Source: a virus
Taxonomy: Duplodnaviria > Caudoviricetes
IMG/VR virus record: IMGVR_UViG_3300035180_001680
DNA: 64,000 nucleotides
Direction: 5' to 3' (one strand)
A model generated the notes under the pieces. The model worked only from the letters and a program-made list of their open reading frames with translations, had not been told where the DNA came from and searched no databases. Below, in pieces: positions 17,066 to 27,028 of this stretch (its first letter is position 1; each line of letters opens with the position of its first letter). A program made the translations under genes and the position numbers.

Positions 17066-20000
17066 TTAAAATTCCACTTCTTCTTCGATGAATACGCTTT
17101 GGGGGCTTGGTACTTCTAAATTGATAACAACAAAGATTTTACGAAGTGTTTCATCAACCAATTTTTCAATTTGAACCTTTTTGTCAATAATCGGTTCAAA
17201 CTCTTCCAAAAACCATTGTGGTATAATAGTCAAATCGGTAGGGATTGCGATTGCTTTAAATCTACCAAACATGCGTTTTAAATAAAAGACTTTGATCTTC
17301 ATATTTGATGTTATCGACAGGCTCTCTTTATCTCCGTATTCCTGTAACATATTATTCCAAAATATCCCTGCTGCGACGTGTCCAGGTAATCTTGTCTTCT
17401 CATTCAACTTCCAGGCTGCAGTATATTCCTCGATCCCCTTTATCCCTTTAGGAAGTCCAATTGACATCACATCAACAGACTCGTTGAGTTCTGTTTTGAA
17501 ATCTACGATATCTCTCGACAACACATCCCAACTTTCACCTTTCAATAACCGTTCAACATACAAAGACAGTTTTTTTGCAATTGGTTTCGGTAAAGTAGTC
17601 TTTTTCAATTCAAGACCCATAATTTTCATCTTATCAACGTGATGACCATCTAAGTCAACCAAATGAAGAACATAACGCTTCTTATCGACGAATATACCAC
17701 GATCGGAAACGACTTCGCGACCACACTTGATGATATCGTCGTATCCTGGATTGCATAAGAATGCTTCTTGCATAAATCCTTGGAATGACTTGTTAACTTG
17801 GTTTGCAACAGCGTCTGCAATCAACGTAGCTTCTTCTTGATCTCTTCCGTGAGTATTAAAGTATACGGAATCTGTGTTATGAACTAAGATATTATTTGCA
17901 AAGAATGTATGAGTGTTGTCAACTTCGATATCATACACATAATCACAATATTGTATTTCTTCTATCTTATAAACATTTACTAATTCAAAATCATACTTTG
18001 AAATTTCAGATTTTCTTTTTCCGTTTTTAACTAAATGCATTTTATCTTGTTTTCTGTTTTGAACAAACCCAACCACATTAAAAAAATCATTTGCATTCTT
18101 AACTGTAAGCCGTTTTGTGAATGTTCCGGAGAATGTCCCTTTATACGAATTTTCGGTTTGTTCGGAGAACCAAGTGGATGAAATCCCGCAACGAAATAAT
18201 AACTTTTGTGCACCAACGATTAACTGTTCATCGATATTACACAATCCGACGGTTCCGTTCATATTAACAAACCCATCTACTGAGAACCATCCTTTCATAA
18301 AAGACGATATGTTGCTTGGAATTTCATTGAACATCCAAGCAGGGATTTGTTTATTTCCAGTTGAATACAACTCTCTTCGTAAAAACTTTTTCAGTTGGGT
18401 TCCACTGATTTGAATATCGTGGACGTTAGGTTTAACTGTGTAGGAAGACAACCAACCTTGTTGTTTTAGTGGGACTATCAGTTTAGAAACAACTTCGTCT
18501 AAATCTTGTTTACCTAACGATAACAGAACTCCACCTGTGTCTGTTGTATCTACATACCCATCTCCCAACACATATCCCATTAACACGTACATCTCAGTTG
18601 AAAGTTCTTTTGATTCAATGATTGTTTGAGGGAGAGTTTTTTGGTATATCAGAGTCTTGATTTCTGTTCCCAAATCCGTCGGTTTAACTTTAGATATGTG
18701 AGCATTGTTGTATTTTTTCCTAAATTTCGAATTTACGTATCCCATGAGAGAATGGTCTTCAGTAACATTAATGTATTGACTGTTTGTAATCCACACTCGA
18801 TACATTTTTTTATTACACCTGTGTCTCATCACGTAATTGATTTGTGAATATTCGGTTTTGTTTAATTCTTCATTATACGTTAACACCTGTGGTAAATCTG
18901 TAATACAATATTCTTTGTTTCCACGAACATAATCAACCTTCGTGAAAAGTGTTTGTATTTCAATCTCTTTCATTGCTGTATTGATAACGGAATCACCAGA
19001 CACAGAATCACCGTAGATGATTGATTCTGCAGGAAATATTCCTTTGAATTCGGATCCATCGAGTGCATATGTTGGATCGTTTCCGTCCTTTTCAGCACTT
19101 TTCACAGAACTATATAATGGAAAGTTTGTGTCGTATTCCTCGTCATCAAGAATCTCGGCTGTTTTACGAACCTGGTGACGTAGAATGGCTCTTCCAGTTC
19201 CGGTCGTTGATTCACCCATTCTTAAATCAAAGAATCGGAAGTAGTAATTTGTTAATGCTCCATAAAAACTGTTCAATTTAATCTTAAACACATACTGCAA
19301 TCTATCATAGTATGCTGATTGTTCCATCAACTCTTCTTTTTCTGTTTCGTCAGAAGCGAGTTGAGCTTTTTCGTAATATTCATTCTTTAACTTTTGGTAT
19401 TCTTTTCTCTGCTTATACCACTTTGCAAGAATAGTTGGAACAATCCCTGGTTTATTTTGATCAAACACAGTTCCAAAACCACTAACAACCCACTTCTTCT
19501 GTTTTAGATATTGTCTCCACTCACTTGCAGTTCCTTCTTGTAATTCTCCGTTGTCGTATTCCAGCGTTATTGTATTATCAGAGTTTGCAACGATCTCTTC
19601 CCAATCAGATATATTTCCTGTGAACTGCCCAATCAACGTTTCCGGGCTGATATTAATGCTTCGTATTGAACTTGGATACAGACTATTTATATCAATAGAA
19701 CCAATCCACTCATGCATTCCAATCTGTGGTAATAGAACATATGCTCCCTGAATCCTTCCGTCTGGTTTTTCAGTCCAATCAGGAACTTTAACGTCAAGTT
19801 CGTAATGACAGTAATTTACCACAGCGAAATCAGATAATTTTAATGTTCCAAACACATCTTTAAATTGAGACGTTGATGTGTGACACATCACATTTGCAAG
19901 TGCAATATATCCTAATTTCTGTTCAAATCCTTTCAGAATTTCTGTATCTCGAATGTTATATCGAATGAAATGATTGAAATCATTTTTATACAATTCAGCT

Positions 20001-20860
20001 AAAGAACCTTCATATTCTAATTTAGGCAAATGTGGGAGAATCTCTTCTGCAATTGACTCTAATTTGTAAGATGGGCGTTCAGCAACTTCATATTTTCTGA
20101 ATAAATTCATATAATCTAAATGAACACGCCCAGATAAGTCACAAGTTATTGCCTGTTGTTTGAACACTTCAACTTCACGGTATCTCGGTAAATTAGCACC
20201 ATCAAACGATAAACGACGTAATGCACTTTTTCCTAAGGTTTTTTCGATTCGTTTTGCAATATATGGTATATCGAAGAAATCACTGTTCCAACCGGATAAA
20301 ATATCAGAATCTTCAATCTCTTCTAGTAATATATTAATTAATTCTTTTTCGTTTGGAACTATGACAATTTCCGATAATTCTTCCAAAGCTGTATCAAACG
20401 TAGTTGGGTCCCATCCTGGTGGTGGTATCGCAATGACAATAGAACGATTCGTGTGAATATGGTGTAGTGCTATTGCGTTTATTGGTGCATATGGATTTTT
20501 CGCTGAAGAGAATCCAATTTTTGGATTGTAATCAACCTCAATATCCAATAAAGTTATATTTGGAGTTGGGGGTGTAACATTATAATAATGCTCAGATAAC
20601 ACCTTAATATCTGGCATTATATCAGATTCATACAGTGTTGTACGTGTTAATTTTCTTTTTGTTTCTGAAAATTGTGCATATGTGTCAAAGTCATGCCTCA
20701 TTAACTTCTTACCAAAAATACTTGTATAATTCCCATTCTCGGCTTCTGTATAGAAATACAACGGAGCTGGGTAAGTCTTTACTTCCCGAACCCCGTTGTT
20801 TCTTTCCCATACTACAACTTCATTTTCGTTTTTATTAAATAATGCTGAAATATAACTCAT
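17066..20860 (-). CDS. gp43: Family B DNA polymerase (gp43-like) containing an intein
   Basis: Exonuclease motifs LLDIEVD, GWNSDFFDIPY, YNIRDT; polymerase motifs SIDINSLYPS, KIKLNSFYGAL, YGD/TDS split by an insertion. Confidence 0.95.
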   Translation of the reverse strand: MSYISALFNKNENEVVVWERNNGVREVKTYPAPLYFYTEAENGNYTSIFGKKLMRHDFDTYAQFSETKRKLTRTTLYESDIMPDIKVLSEHYYNVTPPTPNITLLDIEVDYNPKIGFSSAKNPYAPINAIALHHIHTNRSIVIAIPPPGWDPTTFDTALEELSEIVIVPNEKELINILLEEIEDSDILSGWNSDFFDIPYIAKRIEKTLGKSALRRLSFDGANLPRYREVEVFKQQAITCDLSGRVHLDYMNLFRKYEVAERPSYKLESIAEEILPHLPKLEYEGSLAELYKNDFNHFIRYNIRDTEILKGFEQKLGYIALANVMCHTSTSQFKDVFGTLKLSDFAVVNYCHYELDVKVPDWTEKPDGRIQGAYVLLPQIGMHEWIGSIDINSLYPSSIRSINISPETLIGQFTGNISDWEEIVANSDNTITLEYDNGELQEGTASEWRQYLKQKKWVVSGFGTVFDQNKPGIVPTILAKWYKQRKEYQKLKNEYYEKAQLASDETEKEELMEQSAYYDRLQYVFKIKLNSFYGALTNYYFRFFDLRMGESTTGTGRAILRHQVRKTAEILDDEEYDTNFPLYSSVKSAEKDGNDPTYALDGSEFKGIFPAESIIYGDSVSGDSVINTAMKEIEIQTLFTKVDYVRGNKEYCITDLPQVLTYNEELNKTEYSQINYVMRHRCNKKMYRVWITNSQYINVTEDHSLMGYVNSKFRKKYNNAHISKVKPTDLGTEIKTLIYQKTLPQTIIESKELSTEMYVLMGYVLGDGYVDTTDTGGVLLSLGKQDLDEVVSKLIVPLKQQGWLSSYTVKPNVHDIQISGTQLKKFLRRELYSTGNKQIPAWMFNEIPSNISSFMKGWFSVDGFVNMNGTVGLCNIDEQLIVGAQKLLFRCGISSTWFSEQTENSYKGTFSGTFTKRLTVKNANDFFNVVGFVQNRKQDKMHLVKNGKRKSEISKYDFELVNVYKIEEIQYCDYVYDIEVDNTHTFFANNILVHNTDSVYFNTHGRDQEEATLIADAVANQVNKSFQGFMQEAFLCNPGYDDIIKCGREVVSDRGIFVDKKRYVLHLVDLDGHHVDKMKIMGLELKKTTLPKPIAKKLSLYVERLLKGESWDVLSRDIVDFKTELNESVDVMSIGLPKGIKGIEEYTAAWKLNEKTRLPGHVAAGIFWNNMLQEYGDKESLSITSNMKIKVFYLKRMFGRFKAIAIPTDLTIIPQWFLEEFEPIIDKKVQIEKLVDETLRKIFVVINLEVPSPQSVFIEEEVEF
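17876..19006 (-). mobile_element. Intein (377 aa, Ser1...His-Asn, +1 Thr) with LAGLIDADG-type endonuclease
   Basis: YGD|SVSGDSVI...YVYDIEVDNTHTFFANNILVHN|TDSVYF; internal LMGYVLGDGY and FMKGWFSVDGFV motifs. Confidence 0.92.
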
Positions 20861-20867
20861 TCTTTCC

Positions 20868-21188
20868 CTATTTTGTTTTTATACCTACGTTTAATCTGGG
20901 TCCTTTTAATGAAGAACAACAGGTGGGATATTGCAATCCTGCAATACCATAAAACTCTATTGGACGATGAATCATATTACACTCTGGACACATCCAAGCA
21001 TTTAATGAATAGTTACCACCAGACATCTTATATGGATCATATTCATGTCTGTAAGTATATCTGTTATTAAATGCTTTTGCTATATGTTTCCTTTCACAAA
21101 CATCTTTTCTGATTTCGCAAGATGAACACAACAAAACATATTTTTGTTTGACGTATTCCAAAAATTGTTGGAACATTTTAGTCCTCAT
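20868..21188 (-). CDS. Cys-rich hypothetical protein (possible Zn binder)
   Basis: 106 aa; CSSC, CPEC, CC motifs; 7 nt upstream of the polymerase and overlaps the dsbA-like gene. Confidence 0.6.
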   Translation of the reverse strand: MRTKMFQQFLEYVKQKYVLLCSSCEIRKDVCERKHIAKAFNNRYTYRHEYDPYKMSGGNYSLNAWMCPECNMIHRPIEFYGIAGLQYPTCCSSLKGPRLNVGIKTK

Positions 21189-21492
21189 CAGAATGTTCTA
21201 CTCCACCGACAATCTGTTCGTATAGTTCTTCAAATTCACTATTTTCAGCCTTAACTTCATCAAAAGCATGTTTATACATTGTCTTGGCCATTTTTCCCGA
21301 ATACTTCGGAGCGATACCAAACTGCTTTTTAATCTCATCTTTAATTTCTTTGATAGAAATTTTCTCATCATCAGCTCGTCTTAATGCGTGAACGATTTCT
21401 TCCAACATTGTCCGAAGCTTGTCACGATCAGCGGGTGATGATGGGGCAGAATTATTTACCGGGGCTGTTTCTTTTTCTTTTTTAATACGCAT
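21178..21492 (-). CDS. dsbA: T4 DsbA-like dsDNA-binding protein
   Basis: IKEIKDEIKKQFGI...KMAKTMYK...EVKAENSEFEELYEQIV parallels the T4 DsbA pattern; AAGGGAG Shine-Dalgarno. Confidence 0.7.
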   Translation of the reverse strand: MRIKKEKETAPVNNSAPSSPADRDKLRTMLEEIVHALRRADDEKISIKEIKDEIKKQFGIAPKYSGKMAKTMYKHAFDEVKAENSEFEELYEQIVGGVEHSDED

Positions 21493-21530
21493 AATAGTAT
21501 CTCCCTTTAGTTGTTTTAATTTATCTAATA

Positions 21531-21559
21531 ATTATAAATTACTAAAAAGGGTATGACAA
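21531..21559 (-). promoter_or_regulatory. Sigma70-type promoter TTGTCA-N17-TATAAT for the dsbA/polymerase operon
   Basis: -35 at 21559-21554 and -10 at 21536-21531 on the minus strand, 17-nt spacer. Confidence 0.7.
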
Positions 21560-21564
21560 CAATA

Positions 21565-24180
21565 TTATTGGGGTGTAAATAACCCACCATTTAACTGATA
21601 TTCAGCCTTTAACTGTTCAAGACAAATATATCCCTGTCCAGATGCTGGACCAAGAGAAGCCCATGTTTTGTTGAGTTTTTGAATTGCTGAATCTATATTT
21701 CCATTTTTAATGTCTGTCAACGCATTATGTTCTGAAAATAGGATTGTAGCGGCACGTTCCTGTTCTTGAACTGTGAATGTTTTAAATAACGAAGGATAGT
21801 TTTTCTGTAAACCTTTCCACGTTGAATATGTTATTTGAAATGCCCCTGCTGCTGAAGATGGTAATGACACATCTTTTTTATATTTTACATATACTTGAGG
21901 GTGTTTTGAGAAGTCTGAAAAATGCATGTTTGTAAAGGAACCAAGACTCGTTAGCGTTCCTGTCACTCCTAATTTTGATAATAAAAGTTTAGGGTCAATT
22001 GGGAATACCCAAGTTCCTGGTGATTCTGCTGCACCAATTCCGGCCCACATAACAACGAATCCGTCGACTATTCTCGTCCAGCCATCTGATTGGTAAGTTC
22101 CTTCAGCATATCTCAACATTTTAAGGAACGCTTGAACGTTTTTACTTCCAGTTTGACCATCACCACCATCGTTGATTTTGATTAATGGTCTACTCTTAAC
22201 ACAGCCCCCTGTTTGTTTTGTTCCTTTTGCAGCAGACGATTTTGCTTGGTGTCCTGTTCTGTTTTCTGCTGTTCCGGTTGTTTTTCCACTATCCGTCGTT
22301 GCCACGGGTGACTCATCGGTTAAACTATCAACATTAGAAACCTGAACAAGGTGCAATTTTTGTGTAAAAATACCATTATTAAAAGAATTATCCACAGACA
22401 TTACAAAAAATATACCATTAAACCAAAATGGATTTTGAAATGCTTTTTGATCCGGATAATTACCATTTTTAAAATCAACGAAACCAGTAGTCAAATCAAC
22501 GTAAGGCATATACACGTTGATTTTAACGTAATATGGGGTAGCTGCAACACCCGAAGGTTGAAACTTTTGTATTTCAGACGCAAACAATCTTGGGTTTCCT
22601 GTTATTGTAAGCTCTGCTGTTATTGCTTGAATTGCTGAATATTTTCGAAGTGCATCTTGGAACGCATCGTATTCAACTGCATCTTTTAAAGGAGATGACC
22701 TCGAAAACGGAATACTGGGAAGTAATGAATCAGTAGTGGTATCCGTAGTTGTTCTTGGTGGAACAGCAGATAACACATTTGTTTTCGTTTGTCCAGTTTG
22801 TGTTTTTTGGGCTGTTGCTTGCTCGGTTACTGTTTTTGCATATAACAATCCTTGCCCGATATGATCGAAATGAATTCCAAAATCAATAACATCATCATTT
22901 TTTCCAGAAAACATATAATCATATTGTAACAATTTACCCTCTGTCAATTGTTTCTGTAAAAACGAATTAAACTGTTCTGGATCTAAAGCTTTTGTCACAG
23001 AGGTTTGATTTGCATCTGTTTGTCCTGTTTTGGATGTGTAACTTTTAAAAACTGCAACAGGAATTCGAACAAGTTTATACACGTTCGTTGAAGTTACTTT
23101 ATTATTTTTATCTGTTGTCTGACGAACAGTTGTATGAACCTCGGGACGATACACATAAAATACATTGGGGTCATCAGTGGGTTGAGGAATTTTGATTTCA
23201 TCTCTAATCTGTTTACAGAAACCAACTAGATTGTATAAAGTTCTAACTATTGTTGCGCCAAGAGTGGGTGAAAAAACCCATTCATTTTTTGTAGTTTTTA
23301 AGTAATCGTTTATTCCGCTCTCCAGCGAATATTCACTACCTTGGTACGTTGGATCTAAAACAATTTCATATGTTGGAACAATTTGGTTGGTTATTTTATT
23401 ATCAACAAGTGTCTGGATTGTTTTGGAACCAAGTTCATTTAAGTTTTTGTTATATGAATCAGCAAACGATTTTAAGGTAAATCCTTGTACAACAAACGGG
23501 TGGCCACCTGCAGTTCCTGTTATTGGGGAATTTGCACTACCATCAGAGATTGGAAGAGCCTGAATTACATATGTTGTTCCTGTATTTGTGAATTCAAAAT
23601 CAATGTTTATTATTTTTAAAGGATACGGAGCAATATCAGATATTGTTTCTATGGAACCGTCATATCTGTGCCCCACAAATATAGTTTTTAACACATACTG
23701 AATAGTTGTTTGAGTCGCACCTAAAGCATTTTGAGCAGCTAATAAGAATTCAATAAAGCGTGTCCCAAATGGTTCTGTTATAGTCAAAGACGTGACTGCA
23801 CCAAAAAGACCTGGAGAAGCTGTTTTGGTTTCAACGTCATGAAGATTTCCTGGAGGTTCTCCACCAATAACATATGTTGTCATTTCAAGGTTTACTATTT
23901 GGAGATAAGAATCTGTCATTGAATTTAAAATAACAACATATGGTTTAGAACCATTAGCAGTATCAATCGAACGTGTAGTGTATCGCTCTTGACCAGTTCC
24001 TAACATATCAGGGTGTTGGTATACGTCAACGTTAGTCCCAAGAGGAGAATTCAGTGCGTCAATAACTGAACTATCATTAACACCCAACAATATGTGATGA
24101 TAAGAATAGGACCTAAAATCTTTTAATCGGTTAGCTTTAGGGTTGAGTGTTGGATCATTAAGTGTTTCGTCGTAAATCAT
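21565..24180 (-). CDS. Baseplate hub-like protein with C-terminal lambda R-type lysozyme/transglycosylase domain
   Basis: C-terminus NVQAFLKMLRYAEGT...SSAAGAFQI...WASLG...GQ matches the lambda endolysin pattern; lies in an operon with gp53-like and tube-like genes; hub call is from context. Confidence 0.7.
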   Translation of the reverse strand: MIYDETLNDPTLNPKANRLKDFRSYSYHHILLGVNDSSVIDALNSPLGTNVDVYQHPDMLGTGQERYTTRSIDTANGSKPYVVILNSMTDSYLQIVNLEMTTYVIGGEPPGNLHDVETKTASPGLFGAVTSLTITEPFGTRFIEFLLAAQNALGATQTTIQYVLKTIFVGHRYDGSIETISDIAPYPLKIINIDFEFTNTGTTYVIQALPISDGSANSPITGTAGGHPFVVQGFTLKSFADSYNKNLNELGSKTIQTLVDNKITNQIVPTYEIVLDPTYQGSEYSLESGINDYLKTTKNEWVFSPTLGATIVRTLYNLVGFCKQIRDEIKIPQPTDDPNVFYVYRPEVHTTVRQTTDKNNKVTSTNVYKLVRIPVAVFKSYTSKTGQTDANQTSVTKALDPEQFNSFLQKQLTEGKLLQYDYMFSGKNDDVIDFGIHFDHIGQGLLYAKTVTEQATAQKTQTGQTKTNVLSAVPPRTTTDTTTDSLLPSIPFSRSSPLKDAVEYDAFQDALRKYSAIQAITAELTITGNPRLFASEIQKFQPSGVAATPYYVKINVYMPYVDLTTGFVDFKNGNYPDQKAFQNPFWFNGIFFVMSVDNSFNNGIFTQKLHLVQVSNVDSLTDESPVATTDSGKTTGTAENRTGHQAKSSAAKGTKQTGGCVKSRPLIKINDGGDGQTGSKNVQAFLKMLRYAEGTYQSDGWTRIVDGFVVMWAGIGAAESPGTWVFPIDPKLLLSKLGVTGTLTSLGSFTNMHFSDFSKHPQVYVKYKKDVSLPSSAAGAFQITYSTWKGLQKNYPSLFKTFTVQEQERAATILFSEHNALTDIKNGNIDSAIQKLNKTWASLGPASGQGYICLEQLKAEYQLNGGLFTPQ

Positions 24181-24488
24181 TATATTATTTCAGTATTAAC
24201 TCGTGTTGGGGTTGGAATAACAATGTTCATTCCTTCAACAAATTCCGTATTAATATCTAGTATATTGTTGTATTGAAGAATAACCCACATATATGATGGG
24301 GAACCATATGCATCAAATGCCAGTAAATCAGGGCGAAGATGATATTTTGAATTTATTGTGAGCAAAATATCATCTTTGCTTTGTGTAAAAACAATACGTT
24401 CCCACCACCCCAAACGGGTTGGGAACTGTTCGGTGATTCCACCTCTAACATATCTTGATTTTAAATTTTTAGTTGAATTTGTTGACAT
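24180..24488 (-). CDS. gp53: Baseplate wedge gp53-like (LysM-related) protein
   Basis: RPDLLAFDAYGSPSYMWVILQYNNI...GMNIVIPT motif. Confidence 0.75.
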   Translation of the reverse strand: MSTNSTKNLKSRYVRGGITEQFPTRLGWWERIVFTQSKDDILLTINSKYHLRPDLLAFDAYGSPSYMWVILQYNNILDINTEFVEGMNIVIPTPTRVNTEII

Positions 24489-25261
24489 TAAAATCCGTCC
24501 AATATTCCGCTTGTGTATTTAGCGAGGTTGAATTGATTGACTTCTTGGGGTGCATGAGATTCTGTTAAATCAATACTAACCGACATTATAACAGGGAAAG
24601 GGACACCTCCTAAGGCGTCAATTTGCCCTCTCATTGCTGTTGGAATATACGTAACATCATTTGGATAGGTTATTGATAAATTAGATAATACAACAGGGAC
24701 TCGGTTTATGTTTCCCATATAAGTTTTAGATTCTTGTTTGGATTGATTTCCACTTACTTGGGTGTATGCAGAAAAATAGAGAATTTCTGGTGGAGCACCC
24801 AATCGTTTCTTTAATGATTTGGTTTCTGCTTGCAATCTTGAATAAGGATCTAAATTCAATGTTTCACCTGATTGAATTTGAGTGAAAAATGCGTTGAGTT
24901 GTGATTGGTCAAATTCAGTTTGACCATAATAAGGCATTCTCCAAGAACGTAAGATGTTTAATGTTTGAATGTTATCTCGAGCTTCTGATGGTGTTCTTGA
25001 TATCAATTTTACATCGTTCATATTATATGTTCTTGATGGTGTACCCTTATACATTTGAAATGATGTAGGGCCATGAAGAACTTGGATAGCATCATACAAA
25101 ACTTGACCATTTTCTGCAATTTGAGGAGATACGTTTAATACCACAACCTTTTGTGAATATTGTGTCTTATCAGAATAAACTGATTGATCAATCGCTGAAA
25201 TTAGTTTAACTTTAAAATCTTCTGTTGTTGGTGGTTGAACAATTGGCATATATGGTTCCAT
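24488..25261 (-). CDS. Baseplate tail-tube-like protein (gp48/gp54-type, tentative)
   Basis: APPEILYF...VPVVLSNLSITYPNDV...PVIMSVSIDLTE pattern; baseplate operon context. Confidence 0.55.
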   Translation of the reverse strand: MEPYMPIVQPPTTEDFKVKLISAIDQSVYSDKTQYSQKVVVLNVSPQIAENGQVLYDAIQVLHGPTSFQMYKGTPSRTYNMNDVKLISRTPSEARDNIQTLNILRSWRMPYYGQTEFDQSQLNAFFTQIQSGETLNLDPYSRLQAETKSLKKRLGAPPEILYFSAYTQVSGNQSKQESKTYMGNINRVPVVLSNLSITYPNDVTYIPTAMRGQIDALGGVPFPVIMSVSIDLTESHAPQEVNQFNLAKYTSGILDGF

Positions 25262-25332
25262 TAAAACATAAATATGTTGTTATATGAGTAAAGTCTGTTC
25301 TTACTTATGTGACTGTGTTGATATTTATGTTG

Positions 25333-25361
25333 TTGTCACGTGATACAAAAAATTGTATAAT
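25333..25361 (+). promoter_or_regulatory. Sigma70-type promoter TTGTCA-N17-TATAAT for the gp55-gp47-gp46 operon
   Basis: -35 at 25333-25338, -10 at 25356-25361. Confidence 0.7.
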
Positions 25362-25395
25362 ATACATCTATAATAATTATAATAAAGGACCGCCA

Positions 25396-25965
25396 ATGAG
25401 CAATCCAATAACTGAAACACCAGTAACAACCGAAGTAGTAGCACCAACCTCTCCAAAGAAAAATTACCTCAACAACAAAGATTTACTTTTTCAAGTAGTT
25501 ACAAGCAAGAAAAGGGGTATCATGTCAAATGAATTAGCCAATATGTTACTAACTTTGACTAGTCGTTACGCAAAAAAAGGCAATTTCGCGAACTATTCTT
25601 ATAACGATGACATGCAGGCTTATGCTATGTTAATGCTTTGTAAAACTTGGTCGGCATTCGATGAAAACAAGAGTTCAAACCCCTTTGCTTTTTTTACCCA
25701 ATGTATTAAACATTCTTTTATTCAATACTTAAACCAAGAACGTAGAGTTCGAGACATCAAAAACAAATCACTAATAGAAAACGGGTTTAATCCATCTTTG
25801 AGTTACACTCTTGACCATGAAGAAGAATTTCATGAACGGCGAGAAGCAATGATAAACGGTAATTTAGATGAATATGCGAGGAATAACGTAACGATCGTTG
25901 AAGATACAGAATTCAGTGATCCTGATGAAGTTAAAACAGAGACAGATACTCCTACAGAAGAATAA
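25396..25965 (+). CDS. gp55: Late-transcription sigma factor (gp55-like)
   Basis: NYLNNKDL...FANYSYNDDMQ...FDENKSSNPFAFFTQCIKHSFIQYL; start moved to ATG 25396 (AAGGA SD); precedes gp47/gp46 as in T4. Confidence 0.9.
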   Translation: MSNPITETPVTTEVVAPTSPKKNYLNNKDLLFQVVTSKKRGIMSNELANMLLTLTSRYAKKGNFANYSYNDDMQAYAMLMLCKTWSAFDENKSSNPFAFFTQCIKHSFIQYLNQERRVRDIKNKSLIENGFNPSLSYTLDHEEEFHERREAMINGNLDEYARNNVTIVEDTEFSDPDEVKTETDTPTEE

Positions 25966-25973
25966 AATCTTTT

Positions 25974-27026
25974 ATGAACAAACAAAATAAACTGAAAAAA
26001 GCCGCAGTTTTCACCGATCTTCACTATGGTCGGAAATCTAACTCCGATCAACATAATCAAGATTGTATCAATTTTCTGGAGTGGTTTTGTTCAGAAGTTA
26101 AAAAAGATCCTGAAATTGATCATATTATTTTCATGGGAGATTGGCATGAAAACAGAAGTGCTTTGAATATTTCAACGATGTTGTATTCCTTTAAGGGTGC
26201 AAAAATAATAAACAATCTCGGCCTACCAGTTTATTTTATAGTTGGAAATCATGATTTGTATTATAGACACACAAGAGATATTCATTCTTTGTTTCACTTT
26301 TCATCACTGTCTAATTTTAATATAATTGACGAACCGACTGTATGTGAAGATACTTACAAACCAATTTTATTATGTCCATATTTGTTTCATCATGAATACG
26401 TTGAATTATCACAGTACTTAAAACTTCCAATTTGGTTTGGTCATTTTGAATTCCAGGGATTTATGATAACAGGATATAATAATGTTATGCCAACTGGTCC
26501 CAATTGTGATGACTTTAAAGAGCCGAAGCATATATTTTCGGGACATTTTCATAAAAGGCAAGCAAACAAAAACGTAGTTTATATTGGAAATACTTTTCCA
26601 ATGGATTTCAGTGATGCAGGTGATACTTCTCGTGGAATGACAACATATGACTATGTGAATGATAAAATTGAATTTATTGATTGGGGTAATTGTCCAAAGT
26701 ACACAAAAACATCACTCTCGTCTTTGGTAGATGGGAAAACTATTTTATTACCTGAATCGCGAGTGAAGTGTGTAGCTGATATTGCTTTATCGTATGAAGA
26801 AGTTAGTGTGTTAAGGCAGACGTTTATTGAATCTTATAAACTACGAGAATTAGTTATTGAAGATTCTGATGAAATTGCAAATGTTATCAGTGGAACAGAA
26901 ATTGATATCGACACAAATGAATTAATGACAATAAGTGATATGATGCTTCAACTATTAAGTAGTATTGATACAGAACATATTGATAATGAAATGTTAATCG
27001 AAATATACAAATCTTTGAAGGTATAA
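25974..27026 (+). CDS. gp47: Recombination nuclease, Mre11/SbcD-like (gp47)
   Basis: Metallophosphoesterase motifs DLHYG, MGDWHE, VGNHD, SGHFH. Confidence 0.92.
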   Translation: MNKQNKLKKAAVFTDLHYGRKSNSDQHNQDCINFLEWFCSEVKKDPEIDHIIFMGDWHENRSALNISTMLYSFKGAKIINNLGLPVYFIVGNHDLYYRHTRDIHSLFHFSSLSNFNIIDEPTVCEDTYKPILLCPYLFHHEYVELSQYLKLPIWFGHFEFQGFMITGYNNVMPTGPNCDDFKEPKHIFSGHFHKRQANKNVVYIGNTFPMDFSDAGDTSRGMTTYDYVNDKIEFIDWGNCPKYTKTSLSSLVDGKTILLPESRVKCVADIALSYEEVSVLRQTFIESYKLRELVIEDSDEIANVISGTEIDIDTNELMTISDMMLQLLSSIDTEHIDNEMLIEIYKSLKV

Positions 27027-27028
27027 AA

